A stretch of 64,000 bases of DNA from an uncultured delta proteobacterium (GTDB lineage Bacteria > Myxococcota > Myxococcia > Myxococcales > Myxococcaceae): NCBI GenBank assembly GCA_963713045.1, contig CAVQKE010000007.1, positions 32,001 through 96,000 on the forward strand, in the 5' to 3' direction. A model generated the notes under the pieces. It was not told the origin of the DNA, ran no database searches, and was given only the letters and a program-made list of their open reading frames with translations. The translations under genes were made by a program, and so were the position numbers. Position 1 is the stretch's first letter, and each line of letters begins with the position of its first letter. Below are positions 44,216 to 53,695 of this stretch, piece after piece.

Positions 44216-44839
44216 ATGAGCTTCCAGACCAGACGCGTGACGCTTATTTCAATCGCACTGATTTCGGCTGGCGTTGTTGGCTACTTAAGTTTTAATACGT
44301 TGTCGCCTTGTATCGGATTCGGACACCCCAAGTACTGGCTGTATTGCAAGGGCCAATGCACGAACACGAACACGGACCCTGGTAACTGTGGAACATGCGA
44401 GAATCAATGCACGAGTGGAGCATGCAGCAACGGCCAGTGCCAATGTCCCAGCGGCCAAACGCTCTGCAATGGCGCCTGCGTAAACACGAGCACGGACTCA
44501 AAAAATTGCGGAACGTGCGGCAAGGTTTGCGGGACGGCTTATACCTTAGCTACTACGTGTAGTGCCGGCGTTTGCGGGACCACTCGTCCCTCCACCCAAC
44601 AGAATTGCGGCGCTCAGGCCCTTTATGGATGCTGCCCAGCGGCTCCGAGTACGACGAGGTTTTGTACTTGCGCGCAAGGGCCGACCCACGACTGTTCAAG
44701 CGGATGGTGGGCTTGCGGAGTCGGGCAAACACTTCAAGGGCCTCCAATGGCTTGTCAACCGTTTCAACCATTTGGTGGTCCTGCTTTGATATCCCCACCT
44801 CCAGCAATGTGCCTGGGTGCACCTAACGAAGCACCTTGA
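44216..44839 (+). CDS. Membrane-anchored Cys-rich repeat protein (myxobacterial/Stig1-like)
   Basis: N-terminal TM; two C.NT.TD..NCGTC...C repeats. Confidence 0.75.
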   Translation: MSFQTRRVTLISIALISAGVVGYLSFNTLSPCIGFGHPKYWLYCKGQCTNTNTDPGNCGTCENQCTSGACSNGQCQCPSGQTLCNGACVNTSTDSKNCGTCGKVCGTAYTLATTCSAGVCGTTRPSTQQNCGAQALYGCCPAAPSTTRFCTCAQGPTHDCSSGWWACGVGQTLQGPPMACQPFQPFGGPALISPPPAMCLGAPNEAP

Positions 44840-45018
44840 CCGCGTTGACCGCGCTGGGGGCTGTCGATGGTTGAGCATTCTCTACCGAGCGGGAAATCAG
44901 AAGGCGGGGGACTTTCCTGTGCCGCGGTGAATGTTTCAGTGAGGGGTCATTTTCCGCGGTGTGTCTCGCTGCAAGGAAAGGGGCGCCCCGCACCGGGCCT
45001 GACCAGGCGTGTCTGTTC

Positions 45019-45034
45019 TGGCACGTGCTTTGCC
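45019..45034 (+). promoter_or_regulatory. sigma54-like -24/-12 element with no sense gene downstream
   Basis: TGGCACGTGCTTTGC matches TGGCAC-N5-TTGC. Confidence 0.5.
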
Positions 45035-45093
45035 GGGAGGTGTGACCAACCTCAAAGGCTGCTCGTGGGGACCGCGCAGGCGGCTTTACTTCG

Positions 45094-46908
45094 TTAGTGC
45101 GGTGGCAGCGGCGTCTCCGCGCCGGCAAGCTCCGAATAGACGATGAATTTGAACGGGCTGAACTGATTCTTCGCACGGAGCCCCTGCAGAGCCCGCATGC
45201 GAAGTGCGATGAGCGCCGCGTCCTTAGGATGCGCTGCGAGTGCCAAGTCCGCGATTTTGAGGGACATGGCGAGGTCTCCCCTGTCGGCAAGGCTTGTCAC
45301 CGCATGCGCAAACACATGCGCGTCTCCGCCAGCTATCAGGTCGAGTGCGGCCGCCTCCTCATGGCGTGAAAACACTGCGATGCCCTCGCCGTCTGGCTTC
45401 CAGTAACCAGTGTACTGTGCATACAGACGCTTAATGGCGTTTTCCCGCATCAGGAGAAAGGGAGTCACCGCGTTGGGGTATGCCTCTAACTCTGACGGAA
45501 CGAGATTTCGTGCGAGTGCATCGGCGAGCGGGGCGCCCTCCCTCAGGGCTTTCCGGACGTCACGCTCGAGCACGTGCAGACTCAGCTCCAACGGCTCCAG
45601 GACAGCCACCGTAAAATTCTCGGTGAGCGGAGGGTGGCCATGTATCAGGAGGGTCGGCTTTAGCGAGCGGAGCAGCGCGATGGTGTCCAGGAGGCCCTCC
45701 ACCGAGCCCTCGGCGACGAAGGGCGCGCCGAAGTAAGGCATGAAGGCATCGCCCACGAAGACTACGCCCTGGTCGGGCAACTGGATTAGGAGCGCGTCAT
45801 CTGTCTCGCCGCCGTGGACCGGATAGAGCGTGAAGCGCGTCCCGCCAATCAGGAGGGTCTCGGTCTTGGCAATGAGATGGGTGGGTTTGACCTCGAGCTG
45901 GCCGGGCGTGCCCTCGCCAAAGAAGTCATGGAAGGTAAAAGGGGTTGCATTCGAGCGCTCCAATTCGTCGGCGAAGCGAGCCTGGGCGATGACCTCGGTG
46001 TTTGGCCCGGCCAGCGCGCGTAGACCGCCCACGTGGTCCCAGTGCGCGTGGGTCAGGATAATCGTCCGAATCGGCCTGTCGCTCACCTTGCGGAGCGCGG
46101 CCAAAGCGGCACGGGCGTTGGCTTCGCTCGTCCCTGCATCGATGGCGACTACCTCATCGTTCGTGAGGACAAAGCCGATGTCCGCGAAGTCATATCCCTG
46201 GGCGACGTAAACGCCAGGAGCCATCTTCACCAGCGCTGGTGCGGCGAAGCGGAAACCGTCACGCGCATTGACTGCGAAGTCGGTGAGAAGCAGCGGCGCA
46301 TTCGGTCCCCCCTGCCCGCCCGCCTGCTCCTGCGCCTTGCTGGCCGCGTCGGGCCTTCCGAGCTGCCGGTAGGCACTCGCGAGCCCGGCGTAGGCGCCGC
46401 GGCGGAGCCCAGGCGGAAACTCCTTTTCATGAGCAAGCATCCACTCGAGATCCTCCGTGGCCTGCTGCGCCCGGCCGAAACGGTCTGGGAGCTGGGCCGA
46501 GACGATTCCCCGGAAGTAGCGCGATAGTCCGTCAGCAGCTGCGGCCCAATCCATCCGCGCCATGGCCTCCTTTACCCAGGCAACCCGCTGAAAGAGGGCG
46601 ACCGTGGGCGCCATCCGCGCCTGAAACAACCCGCACAGCGCAGCGAAAAGCGGCCGGTCGGGCACCCTGGCGGCCCGCTCGCAAAAGTACGCGTACCCGT
46701 CGCTGTCACGCCCAGTCGCCAAATATTGGTTCGCGAGTCCGGCTACGGTGGCCGTTGCGGGATTCCTGAAACGGACCGCCTGCTCGAACGCCTCGAGGTC
46801 GAGGTCTCTGGTGAGCTTCGCGGGCGGCGCCGGGTGGCCGCATCCGGCCACCGCCAAGAGAAGGACCACCAGTCCGCAGAACATCTTCGTGCTGTTGCGC
46901 GCTTCCAT
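45094..46908 (-). CDS. Lipoprotein: TPR-like N-terminus + metallo-beta-lactamase fold (alkyl sulfatase-like)
   Basis: Lipobox VAGC; IDAG, THAHWDHVGG, GGETDD, FVGD, IHGH. Confidence 0.85.
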   Translation of the reverse strand: MEARNSTKMFCGLVVLLLAVAGCGHPAPPAKLTRDLDLEAFEQAVRFRNPATATVAGLANQYLATGRDSDGYAYFCERAARVPDRPLFAALCGLFQARMAPTVALFQRVAWVKEAMARMDWAAAADGLSRYFRGIVSAQLPDRFGRAQQATEDLEWMLAHEKEFPPGLRRGAYAGLASAYRQLGRPDAASKAQEQAGGQGGPNAPLLLTDFAVNARDGFRFAAPALVKMAPGVYVAQGYDFADIGFVLTNDEVVAIDAGTSEANARAALAALRKVSDRPIRTIILTHAHWDHVGGLRALAGPNTEVIAQARFADELERSNATPFTFHDFFGEGTPGQLEVKPTHLIAKTETLLIGGTRFTLYPVHGGETDDALLIQLPDQGVVFVGDAFMPYFGAPFVAEGSVEGLLDTIALLRSLKPTLLIHGHPPLTENFTVAVLEPLELSLHVLERDVRKALREGAPLADALARNLVPSELEAYPNAVTPFLLMRENAIKRLYAQYTGYWKPDGEGIAVFSRHEEAAALDLIAGGDAHVFAHAVTSLADRGDLAMSLKIADLALAAHPKDAALIALRMRALQGLRAKNQFSPFKFIVYSELAGAETPLPPH

Positions 46909-46926
46909 ACTCTACCTCCACCATGA

Positions 46927-46938
46927 GTGTATATACAC
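46927..46938. promoter_or_regulatory. Palindromic operator GTGTATATACAC (probable MarR site)
   Basis: Perfect palindrome upstream of the MBL gene; identical copy at 47430-47441. Confidence 0.8.
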
Positions 46939-46963
46939 CTTAGTTGCCAAAAAAAATGCCTTG

Positions 46964-47425
46964 CTAGCCTTCCACCCTCAGGTTGCTCGCGGCGTTGAGG
47001 CCGGCCAGGAGTTCGTGCCAACGCTTTGTCCCGAGGCCGCTGACGACGTGTCTCTGAGCCTTCTCCCAGAGGGGAATCGCTCGCGCCAGTGCGCGCTGCC
47101 CCTCGTCCGTGAGGCGGAGAAGCCGTACCCGTTGGTCCGGTCCTGGACTGCTCGTGACGAGGCCGTCCCGCTCGAGGGGCCGCAGGTTGCGGGTGAGGGT
47201 TGTTCGCTCCAGTCCCAGCCGATCGGCGAGGCGCAACAGGGGCACCTGCCCGAAGAGAGAAAGAGCCACCAGGACATTAAACTGGGTTCCGCGGAGCCCA
47301 GCGGAAGCGATGGTGTGGTCGTGAATGCGGCTGATGGCCCTCGCCGCGCGACGGAGCTGGGAGGCCGTGCACTCGGTGGAAACTCGGACACACTTGGCCC
47401 GAAGCGAATCAACTGGCGAAGTCAT
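46964..47425 (-). CDS. MarR family regulator
   Basis: C...LRRAARAISRI.D, GLRGTQFNVL, ERTTLTRNLRPLERDGLV, D.RVR..LT.EG. Confidence 0.92.
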   Translation of the reverse strand: MTSPVDSLRAKCVRVSTECTASQLRRAARAISRIHDHTIASAGLRGTQFNVLVALSLFGQVPLLRLADRLGLERTTLTRNLRPLERDGLVTSSPGPDQRVRLLRLTDEGQRALARAIPLWEKAQRHVVSGLGTKRWHELLAGLNAASNLRVEG

Positions 47426-47429
47426 GGTC

Positions 47430-47441
47430 GTGTATATACAC
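47430..47441. promoter_or_regulatory. Palindromic operator GTGTATATACAC (MarR autoregulation)
   Basis: Lies 4 bp upstream of the marR ATG. Confidence 0.8.
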
Positions 47442-47616
47442 CTATCGTGAGCGGAATCAAACCAAAACTCCGTGGGGGCTCAATAGACTCGGTTCCTCGC
47501 GAAACCATGGATGATTCGACCAATTGGCCGCCGCCGACACTCAGCAGGTGGCTGAGACCAGCGTCACTTCCACCGCCCGTCCAGCTTAGGCGGTCAATCT
47601 CTGGGGCGGCCCGGCT

Positions 47617-48936
47617 TCAGGGCTGACGCGCTGATGCCCCAAGGTACGTGGTACTGGTCGGCCCGAAACCGGTGATGTCGACGACTGCGGCCACGTCCTT
47701 CGTCAGGGCGAAATGCGCCACGCTCGCCGGCTCGGTGTAGAAGCTTCCCGCCGGCAGCGGTTTCAGCGCTGCATCGTCGAGCCGCTTGCCGTAGCCGAAG
47801 TACCAGATGCCGGAGACCACCGTCACGGCCCGGTTGTCCTGATGGGTGTGCGCCTGAATCCGGGTGTTGGCCGGAACGGTGAGCCGAATGGTGTAGAGGC
47901 CAGGCGCCTTTGGGTCGCCAAAAAGCACCGTCGTTTGAATGCCCGTGACGCCTGACGTTCCGGCGCCGGCTTCATGCGTGGCCAACTCGGAGATGTCGCC
48001 AGGCGTCAGGCGACGCGCCGGGTCGCCCTGGTCGAGAAACGCCCGGATGGCCGATACCGTGGCGGCCGGCTGCTCCTCCATCAGCCAGTGCCCAGAATTC
48101 GGGATGACCATCTCTTGGACGGAGGTAGCGACGGCGCGCATGACCACCGCCATGGTTGGGCCAAACGACTGTTGCCCGCCAATGGCGAGCACCGGCATCG
48201 TCAGCTTTCCCCGGGACAGAAAAGCCTGATTGTCACGTGCGTCTTGGTCGAAGGCCGCAAATTGCGCGAAGCCCGCGTGCATGGCGCCGGGCATTGCATA
48301 GAGCTTGGCGTAATGAGCACGGGACACTTCGCTGAAGCGTCTTGGGTCGGCCGAGAACTCGTTCCAGAAGCGGTCGAGGTAGATGCGCTCCCTGCCTGCG
48401 ACGAGTCGCTCGGCGTCGGGGCCGCCGAACGAGAAGTGCCACAATGCCTTGCTTCGGACCAATTCGTCCCAAGGTCCGATGCCCGGAAGTGGCGCGTCCA
48501 TGATGACAAAGCGGCTAACGCGTCCGGGGTATTCGGCGGCGAAGGCATACCCGACCATGTTGCCGATATCGTGCGTGACCAGGTCGACTCGCTCGATTTG
48601 GAGCGCGTCGAGGACGAAGGCGATGTCTTGCGCCTGCGTCTTCTTGTCGTAACCGCCCGGGGGCCGGGAGGAGAGCCCGAGACCGCGCAGGTCGGGGATG
48701 ACCACTGTATGGTCGCGAACGAGATTGACGGCTAGCGGCGTCCACATGTCTCCAGTTTCGCCGTAGCCATGGAGCAGCAGGACGGCCGGGCCACGACCGC
48801 CAACCCTGACGTACAGCTTCGCCCCCGGCGTTGGAATCTCTTGGGTGTGGAAAGCCGGGGGCAGCGGTTGGACCTGCGCCCACACCGGCGCAGACACCAG
48901 CAAAAAGCACAGAACAGCAAATAGCGTGCGAAGCAT
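47617..48936 (-). CDS. Secreted alpha/beta hydrolase (epoxide hydrolase/dehalogenase type) fused to a cupin domain
   Basis: LLHGY, DLRGLG, THDIG nucleophile Asp, SGHWLMEE; C-terminal GDP..PGLYTIRL..AHTH..GSFYTEP..HF. Confidence 0.88.
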   Translation of the reverse strand: MLRTLFAVLCFLLVSAPVWAQVQPLPPAFHTQEIPTPGAKLYVRVGGRGPAVLLLHGYGETGDMWTPLAVNLVRDHTVVIPDLRGLGLSSRPPGGYDKKTQAQDIAFVLDALQIERVDLVTHDIGNMVGYAFAAEYPGRVSRFVIMDAPLPGIGPWDELVRSKALWHFSFGGPDAERLVAGRERIYLDRFWNEFSADPRRFSEVSRAHYAKLYAMPGAMHAGFAQFAAFDQDARDNQAFLSRGKLTMPVLAIGGQQSFGPTMAVVMRAVATSVQEMVIPNSGHWLMEEQPAATVSAIRAFLDQGDPARRLTPGDISELATHEAGAGTSGVTGIQTTVLFGDPKAPGLYTIRLTVPANTRIQAHTHQDNRAVTVVSGIWYFGYGKRLDDAALKPLPAGSFYTEPASVAHFALTKDVAAVVDITGFGPTSTTYLGASARQP

Positions 48937-49070
48937 GCCCGTCTCCTAGCCGGCAGTGCCGTGGAAGTAGCGGGCCAGTGCCGAGCCGTTCGAAGTAGCA
49001 CTGTGACGGCGCGCTGTCGCTGGTGTCTGGGGCGGGAAGGCTCGAAGCTGGTTTCCGGAAATACCGAACG

Positions 49071-50003
49071 ATGATGAAGCTCGAGGGAATCAGCACCTTC
49101 GTCGCGGTGGCAGAGTCGGGCTCGCTCAGCGAAGCAGCGCGACGCCTGCGCATCTCCAAGTCGGTCGTGAGCGAACGGCTCGCATGGCTGGAGCGCACTC
49201 TGGGGGCGAGACTCTTGCAGCGAAGCACCCGCCGGATGTCCCTCACCGAAGACGGGACTCGGTTTCTCGAGCGAGCACGTCACATTGTCCAGGGCGTCAC
49301 CGACGCGGCAGACGAGATTTCCGAGGGCCATCGGGCCCTGTCAGGCCCCCTCCGCCTCTCGGCCCCCGTCAGCTTCGGCACCCTACACTTGGCAGCGGCG
49401 CTGTTTCCCTTCTTACGGAAGAACCCCGGCATCGAACTCACCCTCGACCTGGATGACCGCTTTGTTGAAGCCGCCGCCGCCGGCTACGACGCGGTCATCC
49501 GCCACGGACCGGTCCGCGACAGCCGGTTGGTTGTCAGGCGGTTGGCGCCGAGTCGGCGGGCTCTGGTCGCGGCCCCTGCCTACCTCGAAACGCACGGGAA
49601 TCCGGGCAGCATTGCGCAGCTACAAGGGCACCGGGCCATTCTCTACACGCTCCGCGGCGCGGCCGACTGGCGCTTCGCCATGCGAAGGGGGAAACACCAA
49701 AGCGTGGTGTTCCGGCCCGAGACGGGCCTCCGCCTCAACAATGGCATCCTCATGCGGGACGCCGCCATCGCCGGCCTGGGCATTGCGCTATTGCCGACGT
49801 TTCTAGTCTCCGCCCCCCTGGCAAGCGGGCAACTCCGCACCATTGACGTCGGGGTCGAGCCCGAGGGCGCCGTCCTTTACATTGCGTACCCCAAAAATCG
49901 ACGTCCTTCAGCCAAGGTTTCTGAGCTGACGGCTTCGCTGCGTCTCGCCTTTGGGGACCCGCCCTATTGGGACAGGGAAGTGGTGCTACCTCACAGGTCA
50001 TAG
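49071..50003 (+). CDS. LysR family regulator
   Basis: FVAVAESGSLSEAARRL..SKS..S...LE..LG.RLL.RSTR..LTE.G. Confidence 0.94.
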   Translation: MMKLEGISTFVAVAESGSLSEAARRLRISKSVVSERLAWLERTLGARLLQRSTRRMSLTEDGTRFLERARHIVQGVTDAADEISEGHRALSGPLRLSAPVSFGTLHLAAALFPFLRKNPGIELTLDLDDRFVEAAAAGYDAVIRHGPVRDSRLVVRRLAPSRRALVAAPAYLETHGNPGSIAQLQGHRAILYTLRGAADWRFAMRRGKHQSVVFRPETGLRLNNGILMRDAAIAGLGIALLPTFLVSAPLASGQLRTIDVGVEPEGAVLYIAYPKNRRPSAKVSELTASLRLAFGDPPYWDREVVLPHRS

Positions 50004-50255
50004 ACGCAATGACACGGGCTCAACAGCGAAGAGGTGGCTGGCTGCGACCTCTCCGGAAGGCGGAATCTCGCCGACGGGCTCCTTGACTTCTTCCGCACCG
50101 CTCCCGCGGTGCCCGCACGTTGCGGAGTTGCGTTGGGTCTCGATGGTCGTCTTGGAGGCGCCTTGAACATGTCTACTCATCCGCTCGAGATAATCGCGCA
50201 ACTCGCCAGGCTAAGGGCGCTCGCACCGGCTGTGGCGGCGCCTTATATTCGTTTC

Positions 50256-50867
50256 ATGAGCACAGTCACTCTGGAAGTCTTCGCCGACTACGTTTGACCA
50301 TGGTGCTATCTCAGTACGGTCCGTACTGAACGGTTGGTAAAGGCCTATGACCTGCGCCCGGTGCGCGTTCAGTTTCCGCTGCATCCCGATACGCCGCCGG
50401 GCGGCATCGCACTGACGGAACTGTTCGCTGGGCGCGGGCTCGACCTGAATGCGATGCACTCGCGCATGAAGTCGCTCATGGACGCCGAGGGGTTGCCGTA
50501 CGCGCGGCGCGAGCGCACGTACAATTCTCGACTCGCGCAGGAGCTAGGCAAGTGGGGCGAGCTCGCGGGCCGGCCGGCGATTCACGACGCGCTCTACCGC
50601 GCCTATTTCGTCGACGGTATTGATATTGGCAGCGTCGAGTCGTTGGTGGGGATTGCCGAGCGTATTGGCCTGCCGGCCGACGAGGCCCGACGCATCTTGA
50701 GCGAGCGCGCATTTCGCTCGGCGGTCGATCGGGATTGGGCGCACGCGCGCGCCCTGGGCGTCACCGGCGTCCCGACCTTCGTCGCCGGCGGCCACGGAGT
50801 CGTCGGCGCCCAACCGTACGAAGCGCTGGAGCAGCTGGTCCAACTCGCTGGCGCCAAGCGGCGCTGA
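50256..50867 (+). CDS. DsbA/FrnE-family oxidoreductase, probable selenoprotein (UPWC, Sec14 at TGA 50295-50297)
   Basis: MSTVTLEVFADYV-TGA-PWCYL continues in frame into ORF 50334-50867 (FPLHP, NSRLA, GVTGVPTF, GAQPY). Confidence 0.9.
50311..50329 (+). promoter_or_regulatory. Candidate bacterial SECIS hairpin
   Basis: TCAGTACG-GTC-CGTACTGA: perfect 8-bp stem with a G-containing apex, 13 nt after the UGA. Confidence 0.8.
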
Positions 50868-50973
50868 CAGTTTGGCTGGCCGCCTCCTCAGCCGTGAAGT
50901 AGCGGTTCAACCCTGACGGTACGCTTTCTGACAGTCTTCGCGGAGATTCGTGTTGGGCAACGGAAACGGTCCA

Positions 50974-51267
50974 TCACCTACCCCGCCTCAACCGGGCGAT
51001 GGCCGTCCGAATCGCCATTAGGAAGGTCGCATCTATGCCACCACCATGTGCGCCGGTACGCCTCTCCAGTAGGTCTGCGAGGTCTTCGTCGGCCGTCCGG
51101 TCAAAAGCGGCAAGACCCGCCTCCCCGCTCGATGGGTGAACGAGCCGGCGGGCGTTCGCCGCTTCAGTTGCGGCGCAGCTTCCCGAATGCTCTTTGTCGA
51201 GCGCACACGTGACCCCGGGTAGTCCGCCGGGGATGGTTTTCCCGCATTCCATATCGCCAGCACCCAA
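50974..51267 (-). CDS. Small hypothetical protein with Cys/His motif
   Basis: C-x12-C-x-L-x3-H-x-G-x-C pattern; ORF evidence only. Confidence 0.35.
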   Translation of the reverse strand: MGAGDMECGKTIPGGLPGVTCALDKEHSGSCAATEAANARRLVHPSSGEAGLAAFDRTADEDLADLLERRTGAHGGGIDATFLMAIRTAIARLRRGR

Positions 51268-51668
51268 ACAGCATAGTCATCGCCGCGCGAGGAACACTCC
51301 TGAGATCAGTTTAAGGGGGTTGCGCTCGTGCTGGCCCGGCCCCACCTTTCCGATGTCGGGAAGAGCGAAAGCAGCGGTGGCTAACGCGAAGGCCTGAGAG
51401 CAGGTGTCTCTTGGCCCACGGCCGCTCTCGCGCTACCCGACACAAAGTGCGCGGTAAGGTGCTGCATCAACTGGGACGAGCGCCTCAGGCCCCGCTCCAG
51501 CGCCTGTAATGAATTCTCGCGGGGAGCCGGGTGGGGGCATTTTGCGTTCGCGTCGCAGTTGGGCCCAAAGCCGCGCGCCACGCTCACCCCTCCCGGCTTC
51601 GTGACGCTCCGCTCGTGCTTTTCTGTGCGTCGCCCCCGGTTGAGAGGCATCACATCGAGCAGTTGTGG

Positions 51669-52235
51669 CTACGGGTGCTGCTTGGGACGGTTCAAGAGGC
51701 TGCAAGCCGTTACCGTCTTTGCAGGGTCCACCGCCTCTTGTCCCAGTTCGACGTGCTGGATGATGCCTTGCTTGTCGATAAGGAACGTCGCGCGTTGTGC
51801 CAATTCATAGCTGGTGTTCCCAACCTGCTTGTAGCGAACCGGAACTCCGTATTGCTGGAGTACCTTCCCATTCTGATCGCTCAAAAGTGGAAAGTGAACA
51901 TCAATTTGGCGGGCGAATGCAGCGTTCGCAGCTGGGCTATCGTTGCTGATTCCGAGAACTACGGTGTCTGATGCATCCAACTTTGGCCCATCAGCCTGAT
52001 AGGCTTTGAGTTGACTGCTTCAAGTGTCGGTAAAGGCGAGCACATAAAACACAACGACCACGTTTTTCTTCCCTTGAAAGTCGCTGAGTTTGACTTCCTT
52101 CCACTCGTTGCTGAGAAGTGTGAAGTCAGGTGCCCGATCTCCGACCGCCAGCAAGCGCCTCGCCGACGTCTCGGCGAGCACCGGCGAAGCGAAGGTCAGC
52201 GCGGCAACGGCACCAACGAGGCAACCAGCATTCAT
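51669..52235 (-). CDS. AhpC/TSA peroxiredoxin with signal peptide, probable selenoprotein (TxxU, Sec72 at 52020-52022)
   Basis: VGDRAPDFTL..VVVVFYVLAFTDT-TGA-SSQLKAYQ continues in frame to VLGISND, FPLLSD, RATFLIDKQGII. Confidence 0.9.
51986..52004 (-). promoter_or_regulatory. Candidate bacterial SECIS hairpin
   Basis: GCCUAUCA-GGC-UGAUGGGC: 8-bp stem with one GU pair, 15 nt after the UGA. Confidence 0.7.
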
Positions 52236-52425
52236 GGGCGACTCCCTCTCAAAGACGCAATCTTGGGTCTGCGCTAGAACTGTGCACGACCTTCGACTCT
52301 CGATGCAACCGTTGGCCTCGCGTTCTACGACACCCAGAGGCCGCGGGGTGTCGCAGGAAGTCCAAAAGTCGCGGCGCTGGCTCGTCGCCTCTGAGAAGGC
52401 GCCCGCTGCCGTCGGGCGCTCCGCA

Positions 52426-53208
52426 TCAGCCCTGCAGCATCCTCGCGACGGGCTTGCTTAATTGGGAGAGAATGAATTCTGGAGCCAAACGATTCATCAG
52501 CTTCAACTGGTTGCTCTGACCTGGTCGGATTTCCAACCGCCCGTCGGCGAGACCCTTCAGACTGGTTCGAACCATCTCGTCGACCTTCATGAGGGGCACG
52601 CCCTTTAGGTCTTCAGCTTCGAAGGGCCCGAGGAGTTCAGTCTCGGTAGCCGGCGGTGCGATTTCGAAGACGCTGACTTTGGTGTTGGCGAGCTGAGCGC
52701 GAAGCGAGAGCGAAAACGAGTGCAGCGCGGCTTTCGTCGCGCAGTAGATTGGCGAGATGGGTAGCGGCACGAATGCCAACCCTGAAGTGATGTTGACGAT
52801 TGCCGCGCTCGGCCGCTTCTTGAGCTCAGGCAAAAAGCGCCTTGTCATGCGAATCGGTCCCTTGAGGTTGGTGTCCACCTCGGCTGTGAAGTCTTCCAGA
52901 CTGCCTTCCGCCTTATGGAGATTCACAATTCGCATGACGCCCGCGTTGTTGAACAGCACGTTGAGGTTCGGAAACTCCTGAGTGACCCGCTGATGGAGGG
53001 CCTCGATGTCCTCCACCCGGCTGACGTCGCTTTGAAAGGCGTGAAGGTGAGGAACGAGGCTGCGGGCGCGTTCGAGCTTCGCCTTGTCCCGTCCAGTGAT
53101 GATGACCGTGTTCCCCCGCCGCTCGAACTCCTTGGCGAACTCAAACCCAATGCCGGTTGATCCGCCTGTAATCAAGATTGTATTCCCGTCGAGCTTCATC
53201 TTTCGCAC
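52426..53208 (-). CDS. Short-chain dehydrogenase (DltE-like)
   Basis: TGGSTGIG, NNAG, SGLAFVP, YCATK. Confidence 0.92.
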   Translation of the reverse strand: MRKMKLDGNTILITGGSTGIGFEFAKEFERRGNTVIITGRDKAKLERARSLVPHLHAFQSDVSRVEDIEALHQRVTQEFPNLNVLFNNAGVMRIVNLHKAEGSLEDFTAEVDTNLKGPIRMTRRFLPELKKRPSAAIVNITSGLAFVPLPISPIYCATKAALHSFSLSLRAQLANTKVSVFEIAPPATETELLGPFEAEDLKGVPLMKVDEMVRTSLKGLADGRLEIRPGQSNQLKLMNRLAPEFILSQLSKPVARMLQG

Positions 53209-53247
53209 CCCTGTGTTCGGGCGCCCCGGTTGGCCAGGACGCCACTA

Positions 53248-53300
53248 CTTGCAGAATGCAAGCTGCCTGCTACTAAAAGCCGGACTTGCCAATGGCAAGT
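53248..53300. promoter_or_regulatory. Two related inverted repeats (probable HxlR operators)
   Basis: CTTGCA-GAA-TGCAAG (53248-53262) and ACTTGCC-AAT-GGCAAGT (53284-53300) between divergent genes. Confidence 0.7.
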
Positions 53301-53320
53301 GACAATCAGAGTATTCGCGC

Positions 53321-53695
53321 ATGCGGATGAACGGGCGGTCCAACTGTCCGGTGGCTTGCACCTTGGACATCCTCGGTGACAAATGGACGCTCCTTTTGGT
53401 GCGAGACATGTTTCTGGGTAAGGAGCGTTTCGACCAGTTCTTGGCATCTCCCGAAGGCATCGCCACCAACATCCTGGCTGACCGTCTTGCCCGGCTAAGC
53501 GAAGCGGGAATCGTCGAGCCGCGCCCCGACCCAAGTCATCGAGGGCGGGCGACGTACCATCTTACCGCACGTGGAAAACAGCTGAGCTCCGTTCTGGACG
53601 CGATGGCTCATTGGGGTTTGGAGAACCTACCGGGCACACGAATCGGGAAGGCTGCAGCTACGCCCCGTTCACGCCGCGGCAAGCCTCAGGGTTAA
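53321..53695 (+). CDS. HxlR family regulator
   Basis: CPVACTLDILGDKWTLLLVRD..RF..F..GIATNILADRL..Y.LT..G. Confidence 0.92.
   Translation: MRMNGRSNCPVACTLDILGDKWTLLLVRDMFLGKERFDQFLASPEGIATNILADRLARLSEAGIVEPRPDPSHRGRATYHLTARGKQLSSVLDAMAHWGLENLPGTRIGKAAATPRSRRGKPQG

Noticed and set aside
50256..52235. DsbA and peroxiredoxin as nonsense pseudogenes
   Set aside because: Both stops are UGA at the catalytic Cys position with downstream hairpins; recoding fits better.
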